A stretch of 64,000 nucleotides of DNA from Minisyncoccota bacterium (GTDB lineage Bacteria; Patescibacteriota; Minisyncoccia; Phycocordibacterales; CAIZLB01), in NCBI GenBank assembly GCA_036405975.1, contig DASWWM010000013.1:40649-104648 (forward strand). The letters run 5' to 3'. Positions 37,767 to 45,882 of the stretch are shown here, piece by piece (the stretch's first letter is position 1; each line of letters opens with the position of its first letter). Both the position numbers and the translations under genes were made by a program. The notes under the pieces were generated by a model, which saw only the letters and a list, made by a program, of their open reading frames with translations, made no database searches and was not told the DNA's origin.

Positions 37767-39446
37767 GTGAACCGAATCCTCAGCATCTTCCATAAGGAAA
37801 TCGCAGGCATCCATCAGGCTGCCATACTTCTCGGCGCCTTCACGCTTATGTCCCAGATTCTCGCCCTTGTTCGAGACCGAATGCTTGCTCGCTTTTTCGG
37901 GGCAGACCAGGCGCTCGATTTGTATTATACGGCCTTCCGTATTCCGGACCTCATGTATGCCTCAATCGCATCGCTTGTATCAGTATCGGTGCTGATTCCT
38001 TTCTTGAGCCATATCATCGACTCGAAGAAAGGCGAGGCAAAGGCACTCCTTAGCTCCATTTTCACGGTCTTCGTCGCGACCATGGTCCTGGTCTCTGCGG
38101 GCGTATTCGTCGCGATGCCCTGGATCGTCAAAGTCTTCTTCAGCGGACTGGGCGATGCGGCAGCACTCAGCGAGCTGACGGTTCTTGCGCGGATATTGCT
38201 CCTGCAGCCGATCTGCCTCGGCATTTCGAACTTGCTCGGAGCGGTCACGCAGATTGGCAAGAGATTCTTCATCTATGCCCTCAGTCCGATCTTCTACAAC
38301 CTTTCCATCATCTTTGGTCTTGTCGCGCTGTATCCGTCATTTGGCATCAGGGGCGTCATGTACGGCGTAGTGATCGGCGGACTCCTTCATTTCCTGATCC
38401 AGGTTCCGTATATTGCAAAGGAAGGCCTTCTCCCTGGGCTTACGCTTGCTGTAGACTTCAAGAAAGTATTCGAGGTCATCAAGGTCTCTATCCCGCGAAC
38501 CATCGCGCTTTCGGCTAACATGCTCGAGCTTATCGCCATTACGGCATTCGCATCATGGCTCACGGTCGGCTCCGTTTCCATATTCAATCTCGCATTGAAC
38601 CTTCAGTCCGTCCCGTTCGCCATCATCGGCGTCAGCTATGCTCTTGCTGCATTTCCAACGCTCTCAGCATGCTTCGCGAGAGGGGAAAAGGAACAGTTCA
38701 TGACGCATATCGCAACAGCCGCACGGCATATCATTTTCTGGTCAATCCCGATCACTGCGCTGTTCATTGTCCTCCGGGCGCAGATCGTGCGAACCATTCT
38801 TGGCTCGGGATACTTCAACTGGGAAGACACCCGACTTACTGCTGCCTGCTTGGCACTCTTTGTTATCTCGCTTGTTGCACAGGGACTGGAGCTTCTCTTC
38901 ATCCGAAGCTACTATGCAGCAGGAAAGACTTCGAAGCCTCTGGCTATCAATATCATCTCGTCAGCTCTCACCATCTTGCTGCCGTTCTTGCTTCTTAAGG
39001 CCTTCGCTGCATTTCCTGAATTCAGGTATTTCATGGAAAGCCTCTTCAAGGTGGAAGGCATCGCGGGAAGCGAGGTGCTCATGCTGCCTCTCGGCTATAC
39101 CGTCGGAACGCTATTCAACGGCTTGGCCTTCTGGATCATGTTTGAGAAGGACTTTGGAAAGCTTCCGAATCTCACGAAGACGCTCTTCTCAAGCCTCCAG
39201 GCGGCGGTGGCCGGAGGTTTCGCGGCATATATCGGCTTGAACATATTCGACTCATTCTTTGATCTCAATACGCTTTCAGGGATCTTTTCTCAGGGATTCG
39301 TATCGGGCATCATCGGTATCGCCGTTGCCGTCGGCGTATTCAAGCTCTTGGGCAATAGGGAAATAGAGGAGGTTTGGGCCGCAATGAAGCAGAAGGTCAC
39401 TCGAAACAAGATGATCGTTTCTGAGCCGGACAAGATCGAGGTATAG
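37767..39446 (+). CDS. murJ: Lipid II flippase MurJ/MviN
   Basis: SQILALVRDR..A..FGA, D.YYTAFRIPD, RSYYA..KT..P; many TMs; GTG start. Confidence 0.93.
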   Translation: MNRILSIFHKEIAGIHQAAILLGAFTLMSQILALVRDRMLARFFGADQALDLYYTAFRIPDLMYASIASLVSVSVLIPFLSHIIDSKKGEAKALLSSIFTVFVATMVLVSAGVFVAMPWIVKVFFSGLGDAAALSELTVLARILLLQPICLGISNLLGAVTQIGKRFFIYALSPIFYNLSIIFGLVALYPSFGIRGVMYGVVIGGLLHFLIQVPYIAKEGLLPGLTLAVDFKKVFEVIKVSIPRTIALSANMLELIAITAFASWLTVGSVSIFNLALNLQSVPFAIIGVSYALAAFPTLSACFARGEKEQFMTHIATAARHIIFWSIPITALFIVLRAQIVRTILGSGYFNWEDTRLTAACLALFVISLVAQGLELLFIRSYYAAGKTSKPLAINIISSALTILLPFLLLKAFAAFPEFRYFMESLFKVEGIAGSEVLMLPLGYTVGTLFNGLAFWIMFEKDFGKLPNLTKTLFSSLQAAVAGGFAAYIGLNIFDSFFDLNTLSGIFSQGFVSGIIGIAVAVGVFKLLGNREIEEVWAAMKQKVTRNKMIVSEPDKIEV

Positions 39447-39478
39447 AAAAACCGCCTAGGGATTCCGGGCGGTTTTTT
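39447..39478. terminator. Bidirectional terminator murJ/mscL
   Basis: aaaaaccgcc...ggcggtttttt. Confidence 0.75.
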
Positions 39479-39501
39479 ATTTGAGATTTTTGCCTCGTTT
39501 C

Positions 39502-39858
39502 TTACTGTTTTGCAGCTTCCTTCGGCTCGCCAAGCTTGGTCTTGAACAGCTTGTTCATCGCCCTGATGGCCACGAAGACCGAAAGGCCTACGATGATGAA
39601 GTTCATCAGGCTATTGATGAAGTTTCCGTACTTGATGGCTCCATAGGCGAATGCGCTGAAGTCCGGCTTTCCGAATGCCGTCGCGATAGCTCCGAGAATC
39701 ACGTCCTTCACGAGAGAGTCGACGATGGCATTGAATGCCGTACCGATGACGACACCGACTGCAAGCTCGATAGCATTTCCCTTGATGGCAAAGGTCTTGA
39801 AATCCTCGAAGAAATCCTTCACTCCGTCCTTTGCTGGTGTCAGGTTGATTGGTGTCAT
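39502..39858 (-). CDS. mscL: Large-conductance mechanosensitive channel
   Basis: FKTFAIKGNAIELAVGVVIGTAFNAIVDSLVKDVI, YGNFIN. Confidence 0.95.
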   Translation of the reverse strand: MTPINLTPAKDGVKDFFEDFKTFAIKGNAIELAVGVVIGTAFNAIVDSLVKDVILGAIATAFGKPDFSAFAYGAIKYGNFINSLMNFIIVGLSVFVAIRAMNKLFKTKLGEPKEAAKQ

Positions 39859-39862
39859 TGCT

Positions 39863-40576
39863 TTAGAGGGCTAGGCTTGATGAGTCGGCCGCTTCCGAAG
39901 TTGTAGCGCCTGACTGGCTCGTTACTTCCTCGAAGATTGCCTTGAGCGTCTCGTATCGCTGTGCTCCTCGGATAGCCGTCTTTCCATCGATGATAAGAGT
40001 GGGAGTCGACTGGATGTTCATGGCCTGTGCGTCCTTCGCATCCTGGTCTACAATTGCGTCGTACTTGCTCCTGTTTGCCGTGAAGTCAGCCTTGTACTTT
40101 GAGACATCGAGTCCGATGCTTGCTGCGTACTTGTCATAGAGGGCGATTCTCTCCGGCTGCGAGATTCCGTACTTGGTCCATTCTGCCTGCTGCTCGAAGA
40201 GCATGTCGTGCATTTCCTTGAACTTGCCCTGTTCTCCGGCTGCGAATGCGACTGCTGCCGCTTCCTTTGAGTTCGCATGGATAGGGATGATTCGGAAAGC
40301 GAAGTCTACCTGGTCGCCGTATTCTGCAAGGAACTTCTTGAGTTCCGGCTGAAGTGCTGCACATGCAGGGCATTCGAAGTCTCCGAACTCCACGATCTGG
40401 AGCTTCGGGTCAGCTCCCGTGATTCGAACTGTTTCCGGCCTGATAAGGTTTTCGGCGGTGATAGCCGTGGGTGCCGCGCTTTGCTGCGAGGCCTTTCCTG
40501 CCATTACCATTCCGAAAATGATGACCGCGACGGTGATGACGCCGATGATCGATATGATTTTTGTTTCTGAGTTCAT
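39863..40576 (-). CDS. dsbA: DsbA/BdbD-family thiol-disulfide oxidoreductase
   Basis: IVEFGDFECPAC, STPT cis-Pro motif, N-terminal TM. Confidence 0.88.
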   Translation of the reverse strand: MNSETKIISIIGVITVAVIIFGMVMAGKASQQSAAPTAITAENLIRPETVRITGADPKLQIVEFGDFECPACAALQPELKKFLAEYGDQVDFAFRIIPIHANSKEAAAVAFAAGEQGKFKEMHDMLFEQQAEWTKYGISQPERIALYDKYAASIGLDVSKYKADFTANRSKYDAIVDQDAKDAQAMNIQSTPTLIIDGKTAIRGAQRYETLKAIFEEVTSQSGATTSEAADSSSLAL

Positions 40577-40661
40577 GTGAAGATTATATCAAAAAACCGG
40601 GCCCTAGAAATGGCCCGGTTTATGAAGATTCATGGCCTGGAGCGGCCGGAAAATCCAGAGA

Positions 40662-41117
40662 TTATGCCTGGATTCCTTTCGCCGCTTCTCGCTCGATGAA
40701 CTTCTTTCGCTCAAGCATCAATACGATGATGACTGAGAATGCAGTAAAGGCCAGGAAGGGGATGGTGATGAATCCGAAGATCTCGAAATACCGAGTGGTG
40801 CATGAGACTCCTGCCTCGCATGGAGCGAGCGTATCCGGAATGATCTTGTAATAGAGAAGCACGTGGAATGCCGAGATGCACCATCCGATAAGGGCTGGCC
40901 AGAGCACGAAGTAATGCGTATTCTTGTCTCTCAGCACGATTCCTGTTGCAAGCCCTATCGCCAGAGGGAACATGGCGATTCGCTGATACCAGCAGAGGAC
41001 GCAAGGCTTGAGAAGCATGACGTCGCTGAAGTACATGCTGCCGAGGAATGCCACGATTGCCTGGACTAGGGCAAGATAGAGGGCGTTTTTTCCGATAAAG
41101 TTTCTGAACGTTTGCAT
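40662..41117 (-). CDS. dsbB: Disulfide bond formation protein DsbB/BdbC
   Basis: PCVLCWYQRIAMFPL, second Cys pair, FGFITIP; start ATG 41117. Confidence 0.92.
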   Translation of the reverse strand: MQTFRNFIGKNALYLALVQAIVAFLGSMYFSDVMLLKPCVLCWYQRIAMFPLAIGLATGIVLRDKNTHYFVLWPALIGWCISAFHVLLYYKIIPDTLAPCEAGVSCTTRYFEIFGFITIPFLAFTAFSVIIVLMLERKKFIEREAAKGIQA

Positions 41118-41256
41118 TGGGTTATGATGTTCGTGATAAACTAAGTTGCACGAATACAGTATATATCCGGCGGCCCTTGTTTGTGAAATATGAAGAAATC
41201 CCCGCACCCTGTTGAAAGGGGCGGGGATGGATTGTGACGACTTGCGAGGTTTTGGC

Positions 41257-41634
41257 CTATCGGTTGTCCTGGACCATGATTTTGATCACCCACCCGGCTT
41301 CCACTTGGAAGACGGGATAGAATTGAGTCTGGGTTGTCCCGCTGTGCGCCTCCAGACTTGGCAGGTGCGCCAAGCCTCCTTCTATCAATCTTCTTGTTGA
41401 GGTCATTGAAAGCAGTTCGTAGGCCCTGCGCTGGACCTCATTTCCACATTCGACTTTGATCTGAGCGGGCTCTTTCTGTGGATATTGGCCGATGCTACGA
41501 ATCCACATGATCTCTTGTACAAAAAGCGAGTGGAAGTGGTTCCATGGAATGTTTTCTGCCGTAAATCCGGCATTGGTAATGGCCCGTGTAACTGGGCCGT
41601 GGTCTTGAACTAAGTCTTCTGGTTTATCTGACAT
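41257..41634 (-). CDS. Hypothetical protein
   Basis: 125-aa ORF with its own consensus promoter and a downstream hairpin at 41198-41229. Confidence 0.55.
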   Translation of the reverse strand: MSDKPEDLVQDHGPVTRAITNAGFTAENIPWNHFHSLFVQEIMWIRSIGQYPQKEPAQIKVECGNEVQRRAYELLSMTSTRRLIEGGLAHLPSLEAHSGTTQTQFYPVFQVEAGWVIKIMVQDNR

Positions 41635-41718
41635 GCAATGGATTCAGTGCTGTGTTGGTTGAATGTGCTGGTCTGATCGTGTTCTTGCTGAGAATCAGCG
41701 AGTCGAAATCAGGAAATA

Positions 41719-41747
41719 ATTATAACATATTTAAACGTATATGTAAA
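41719..41747 (-). promoter_or_regulatory. Sigma70 promoter
   Basis: TTTACA-17 nt-TATAAT with extended TG. Confidence 0.7.
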
Positions 41748-41758
41748 TATAACTGGAA

Positions 41759-42640
41759 CTACCGCTCTTCTCGGTACTTTTTATTTTTAGTGAACTTGGC
41801 AATTGTCCTCTCTTTTCTAGTCTGAGCGTTTCCTTCAAATATTTGGGACCTGAGCGCTTCAAGTTCGCTTGTTATTTTTGAGAATGCGTCATTTTCTTCG
41901 TTGGCGACGAGCTCAGGATTTGCATAAGCCGGGTCAAATGAGAGCGATGTCGTGACGCTGCGGCCGACTCCTTTTTCAATGGAGTCGGTGTCGGCCGCTG
42001 ACTTTACCTTCGTAGCAATGAATCCGTAAGGGGTGCTGAGCTCGTCCAAAAGTCCTGCAATGAGCTTCGCGGTCTTGATGCTGTGAGGGGTGTTCTCAAC
42101 GCAGATGTAAGCCATGTCGAAGCCACTCGGAATTCCTGTGCCCACGCTATCTGAACTTGCTTTTTCATCAACTACTACGAACTCATTTTCTTCAAGCTCT
42201 ACGAGTGGCAGATATACTTTCATGGATGTTGCAAGCTGATGGCTGCAGCCGCCGCCTTGGACAAGCTGTTCGGGATGCGGGCCCATTGCCATAAGCTTCA
42301 GATTCGGTTTTATTTCTTGCGAATACTTTTCGCTGAATGGATCGGTGTTTCCGAATGGCTTGAAAGTTGGAATCGAGTATGAATCTTTTGTAAAAAGATC
42401 ATCGTAAAAATCTCCGGGAAGGATTGCCGATTGCTCATAGATATCTGGACGAGCATTAAGCCCAAGGTATTGAAAATCGGGATGGCTTTCTCCGGAAATG
42501 CCAAAATTGAACATCATGTCCATATTATGGTCGAGATCCAGTGCCATGACCTTGTTTCCTTGGTCGTGCAGAAAACGCGTAAACCTATGGCTTGCTGTGG
42601 ACTTTCCTGAACCTCCTTTTCCCAGAAATCCGATGATCAT
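41759..42640 (-). CDS. CooC/AcsF-like MinD/ParA-superfamily ATPase (metal insertase-like)
   Basis: Deviant Walker A GKGGSGKST, DLDHN, LMAMG...GGGCSH at the CooC CxC position, VVVDEKA, SIKTA. Confidence 0.78.
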   Translation of the reverse strand: MIIGFLGKGGSGKSTASHRFTRFLHDQGNKVMALDLDHNMDMMFNFGISGESHPDFQYLGLNARPDIYEQSAILPGDFYDDLFTKDSYSIPTFKPFGNTDPFSEKYSQEIKPNLKLMAMGPHPEQLVQGGGCSHQLATSMKVYLPLVELEENEFVVVDEKASSDSVGTGIPSGFDMAYICVENTPHSIKTAKLIAGLLDELSTPYGFIATKVKSAADTDSIEKGVGRSVTTSLSFDPAYANPELVANEENDAFSKITSELEALRSQIFEGNAQTRKERTIAKFTKNKKYREER

Positions 42641-42676
42641 TTTTGTTTGGGATTATTTATAAAAATTCTTGTATAT

Positions 42677-42709
42677 AAAAACCCTGCACTGCCGGTTGGC
42701 AGGGCAGGG
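42677..42709 (-). terminator. Rho-independent terminator between Cys-rich peptide and CooC-like gene
   Basis: Minus strand ccctgc-c-ctgcc-aacc-ggcag-t-gcaggg-ttttt. Confidence 0.75.
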
Positions 42710-42768
42710 GAAGGCATTTCATCCTTCAGTTAACGGCACGTATGGACGCGCTGCTGGTGCTGCTGCAA

Positions 42769-42936
42769 TTAGCAGCCTGGGCAGCTCGAGTCGCCGCAGC
42801 TGCATGGTGCCATGCTGCCGCCGTCGAGGCGCGGGCCGTGACGGAGCAGGCGGGGCAGCTTGGACAGGGCGGCTTTGAGCGTAGCTGGAAGCACAGAGCG
42901 GTTTGCTGTCGGGGGTGGAGTCGGCTGAGTTTTCAT
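42769..42936 (-). CDS. Putative 55-aa Cys-rich peptide (…LDGG-SMAPCSCGDSSCPGC)
   Basis: ATG 42936 to TAA 42769; four Cys clustered at the C-terminus; between a promoter and a terminator. Confidence 0.55.
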   Translation of the reverse strand: MKTQPTPPPTANRSVLPATLKAALSKLPRLLRHGPRLDGGSMAPCSCGDSSCPGC

Positions 42937-43001
42937 GGGTGCTGAGTTTCGATTTGTACAATGCCATTCATTTCGCAAGTCAGGGTGACCCGGAGATTCA
43001 T
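42933..43001 (-). CDS. Putative 22-aa uORF MNLRVTLTCEMNGIVQIETQHP
   Basis: ATG 10 nt after -10 TATCTT; stop overlaps the peptide start as ATGA. Confidence 0.35.
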   Translation of the reverse strand: MNLRVTLTCEMNGIVQIETQHP

Positions 43002-43035
43002 GGGTGCATTCAAGATAGCATATGATAATTTCAAA

Positions 43036-43050
43036 TGCAACTATATTGCA
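43036..43050. promoter_or_regulatory. Putative Fur-family (Zur-like) operator TGCAA-N5-TTGCA
   Basis: 15-bp palindrome tgcaactatattgca; overlaps the -35 (TTGCAT) of a minus-strand TTGCAT-17-TATCTT promoter; 40 bp upstream of the fur-family gene. Confidence 0.65.
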
Positions 43051-43090
43051 ATGGAGACATTGGACGGGCATTGTGATAGGCTTATTGCAT

Positions 43091-43609
43091 ATGGTAAAGG
43101 CATTAGACAAAACCGGGATAAGGCCAGAACATGAGCAGATTCTGGTCAAGGCTGGATACAAGCTTACGAAGCCGAGGAGGCTTATATTGAATGCGCTTTA
43201 TGAAAGCGAAGGCCTCGCTTCGGCTGATGATATTTGGGAAGCTCTCAAACGAGACGCCGTTGACCGAGTTACGGCATACCGAACGCTTGGCCTATTTGAG
43301 CAGCTTGGCATAGTGAGACATGCGATGTCTCGAAGCGGAATCAAAGTATACGAAGTGGCTCATCATCATGAGCACGCTGATCACTGCCACCATGCCGTAT
43401 GCGAAGGCTGCGGTGTTACTGAACATATTGATGATCCTGAAATCGAAAAGGCTTTGGAACTGCTCGCGCGAAAACTTAAAAAGGTCAAATTCGTCAAAGA
43501 CCATACCCTTGAATTCTTCGGCGAATGCACGTCATGTCATCCGAAGCGCTCAGTTAAAGTCGCGAATCGGGCTAAGGTTGCTAAGAAGCCGATAGTTAAG
43601 AAGAAGTAA
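43091..43609 (+). CDS. Fur-family metalloregulator (Zur-like)
   Basis: GYKLTKPRRLIL, TAYRTL..F...GIV, HHHEHADHCHHAVCEGCG, FFGECTSC (two CxxC); start ATG 43091. Confidence 0.92.
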   Translation: MVKALDKTGIRPEHEQILVKAGYKLTKPRRLILNALYESEGLASADDIWEALKRDAVDRVTAYRTLGLFEQLGIVRHAMSRSGIKVYEVAHHHEHADHCHHAVCEGCGVTEHIDDPEIEKALELLARKLKKVKFVKDHTLEFFGECTSCHPKRSVKVANRAKVAKKPIVKKK

Positions 43610-43616
43610 AATCTGC

Positions 43617-44840
43617 ATGAAGAGAATTCTTGTAACAGCCTTTATAGCGCTCGCTTCATTTGCCATTCAGGCGAAGCCTGTTTCTGCCGCAGAATTGATG
43701 CTCGATACACATGAGCTCGTAAAGTCACGAGTTGAAGAAGTATTGTCTCGCGAGGAAAAGGTCATTCCTGGAACTGAAATCGATGCCGTTCACCAGACGC
43801 TTCGCGTAAAAGTTCTCGAGGGTGCCAGCGAAGGCAAGACATTCGATGTTGAAAATGACCGATTCGATTTGCAGCCAGGCGATACGTTCTATCTTCAGAT
43901 TACATCCTATCCTGACGGCCAAACGACATATGCTGTGGCAGAGCCCTATAGAATGACGCCCATCTTTATCTTCGCTGCACTCTTTATCGTCCTGGTACTG
44001 GTATTTGGCGGCATGCAGGGTATCCGCGGACTCCTGAGCCTGTTTGGAAGCCTTTTCGTACTCTTTTATATATTCCTTCCTGAGCTCCTCGCTGGACGCT
44101 CTCCCATACTTCTCAGCCTTGCTGTCTCGTCGCTCATCATTATCCTGGGCTCATACATTACTCACGGATTCAACAAAACTACTACGTCGGCCGTGCTGGG
44201 AATGCTTGCAACCGTTCTCTTCACGGGATTCTTGGCCGTATACGCAGTAAATGTCACAAAGCTTACGGGTTTCTTCTCAGAAGACGTCGTCTATCTGCAT
44301 TTCAATACTGATGGAAAGATAAATATGCAGGGACTTCTTTTGGGTGGAATTCTCATTGGTCTTCTCGGTGTGCTCTATGATGCTGCAATCAGTCAGGCTG
44401 TGGCGATCGAAGAGCTTGCCGTTCATGCTCCGCATCTTTCTAGGAGAAAGCTCTTCGAGCGCGCGATGCGAATCGGCCGGGAGCATATCGGCGCTCTCAT
44501 TGATACGCTGGCGCTTGCATATGTGGGCGCCTCGCTACCGCTCCTGTTGCTGTTCTATTCTTCTGCATCGACTTCGCTCATGAGCATTCTGAATCGAGAA
44601 GACTTTGCCACTGAAATCATGCGAACAATCATCGGAAGCATCGGACTCATTCTGGCCGTCCCGATAACTTCGTTTGTCGCTGTGCTCATGCTTAAGAAGA
44701 AGGATGGTGCCGGAACAAGCGGTCCGCATTCGCATGGAGCTCATAGGCATGATACGAACGACGATGCCGACTGCGACGATCCGATCGGCCATTCTCACGG
44801 CCATGTTTGCGGACATATCAGGAAAGAGCTTGGGAAATAG
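43617..44840 (+). CDS. YibE/F family membrane protein with His/Cys-rich C-terminal tail
   Basis: GILIGLLGVLYDAAISQA, GREHIG...TL.LAY.GASLP, EI.RT..GSIGL..AVPIT; tail HSHGAHRHD...HSHGHVCGH. Confidence 0.9.
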   Translation: MKRILVTAFIALASFAIQAKPVSAAELMLDTHELVKSRVEEVLSREEKVIPGTEIDAVHQTLRVKVLEGASEGKTFDVENDRFDLQPGDTFYLQITSYPDGQTTYAVAEPYRMTPIFIFAALFIVLVLVFGGMQGIRGLLSLFGSLFVLFYIFLPELLAGRSPILLSLAVSSLIIILGSYITHGFNKTTTSAVLGMLATVLFTGFLAVYAVNVTKLTGFFSEDVVYLHFNTDGKINMQGLLLGGILIGLLGVLYDAAISQAVAIEELAVHAPHLSRRKLFERAMRIGREHIGALIDTLALAYVGASLPLLLLFYSSASTSLMSILNREDFATEIMRTIIGSIGLILAVPITSFVAVLMLKKKDGAGTSGPHSHGAHRHDTNDDADCDDPIGHSHGHVCGHIRKELGK

Positions 44841-44875
44841 AAAAAAGCTGAGGCCTCTCAAGCGCACCCTCTTTC

Positions 44876-44904
44876 TTTACAAGAATCGTGAGCTGTTGTA
44901 GCTT
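44876..44904 (+). promoter_or_regulatory. Putative sigma70 promoter
   Basis: TTTACA-17 nt-TAGCTT upstream of the long hairpin and purH-like gene. Confidence 0.5.
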
Positions 44905-44916
44905 ATCGGCAGAAAC

Positions 44917-45025
44917 AGGTCTCTAAAAAGGGCAGGTTTGTGTAAGTCGGCACTAGCGTTTTGATCGTCTCGTTGAGGTGGACCGGACGCTATTGCCGAC
45001 TCTTTGAGCTTGGTATGGAAGTCCT
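44917..45025 (+). ncRNA. Candidate structured RNA / 5' leader (long irregular hairpin)
   Basis: Nested stems caggttt/gagcttg, agtcggca/tgccgact, tagcgt/acgcta; many G-U pairs favour the + strand. Confidence 0.45.
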
Positions 45026-45073
45026 GGGCAATTCCGGGCAATCAACGAACCGAACTCAAACTGAAATCAGCCT

Positions 45074-45703
45074 ATGCCACACGAATCATTGAAAACAGCC
45101 ACCGGGGCTCCATTCACGGTCCTTGTCTCGGTAACGGACAAATCCGGCCTCTGTCTCCTGAAGCCTCTTGCCGAACGCGGTGCTCGCTTCGTTTCAACCG
45201 GCGGCACTGCCAGGGCGCTGCGTGAGACCCACGGCATCGATTGCATCGATGTCTCCGTGGTCACTGGCTTCCCGGAAATTCTGGACGGTCGAGTCAAGGT
45301 GCTTCATCCGAATATATTTGGCGGCTTGCTCGCTGATCAGAGGAATCCGACACACATGCAGACGTTGAAGGAATTGGGCATCGGCTTGTTCGATGCAGTC
45401 TTTGTCAATCTGTATGACTTCGCTGGTAACCCCCGCGTTTCCGAAATTGATGTTGGCGGTCCGTCAGCTCTCCGTGCGGCAGCGAAAGCCGGTTTGACCG
45501 TCGTTACGGATGTTAGCGATTACGAAGAGGTCGTCGCTGAAATCTGCGATCGCGGCGGCTGGGTCTCGTCCGGCAAGCGTCTTCAGCTGATTGCGAAGGT
45601 ATTCGACTATACTTCGAAGTATGATGCTGCGATTTGCGAATGGGTCGAAGGCCAAATCATCGAAGGTAAAGATCCTTTCGCTGAGATGGTTTCGCCTCAT
45701 TGA
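45074..45703 (+). CDS. Stand-alone IMP cyclohydrolase domain (PurH N-terminal, MGS-like)
   Basis: SVTDK, STGGTA, VTGFPEILDGRVKVLHP, VNLYDF, IDVGGP..LRAAAK; ends before the AICAR transformylase domain. Confidence 0.85.
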   Translation: MPHESLKTATGAPFTVLVSVTDKSGLCLLKPLAERGARFVSTGGTARALRETHGIDCIDVSVVTGFPEILDGRVKVLHPNIFGGLLADQRNPTHMQTLKELGIGLFDAVFVNLYDFAGNPRVSEIDVGGPSALRAAAKAGLTVVTDVSDYEEVVAEICDRGGWVSSGKRLQLIAKVFDYTSKYDAAICEWVEGQIIEGKDPFAEMVSPH

Positions 45704-45731
45704 TACCAGGCAAAAGCTGTATCGTCATTAC

Positions 45732-45762
45732 AAAAACCCAGGAACTTTGGTTCCTGGGTTTT
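45732..45762 (+). terminator. Rho-independent terminator
   Basis: aaaacccaggaac-tttg-gttcctgggtttt. Confidence 0.8.
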
Positions 45763-45779
45763 CTTATTTATATAAACGA

Positions 45780-45877
45780 AAACAGGGTGGTGGTTACGGA
45801 CTAGCGAGGCTCGACGGAGCGAGCTCAAGGAATTTTCCAGCAGGAAAATATCCGTGTCCGTAACTACCACCCTGTTT
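45780..45877. repeat. 98-bp palindromic element with 22-bp terminal inverted repeats (REP/MITE-like)
   Basis: aaacagggtggtggttacggac ... gtccgtaactaccaccctgttt (one G-T) enclosing two hairpins. Confidence 0.75.
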
Positions 45878-45882
45878 GAGTT

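Noticed and set aside
41759-42640. Plasmid or chromosome partition ParA system
   Set aside because: No parB/parS; the Cys-containing loop and the metal-related neighbours fit CooC better
42719-42967. 82-aa ORF MALYKSK... on -
   Set aside because: Overlaps the Cys-peptide frame, has no motif and runs almost into the terminator; judged less plausible but not excluded
44930-45040. Canonical ZTP (pfl) riboswitch upstream of the purH-like gene
   Set aside because: cctgggca resembles the 3' end, but the GACUGGCG 5' motif and the CGCC pseudoknot loop are absent
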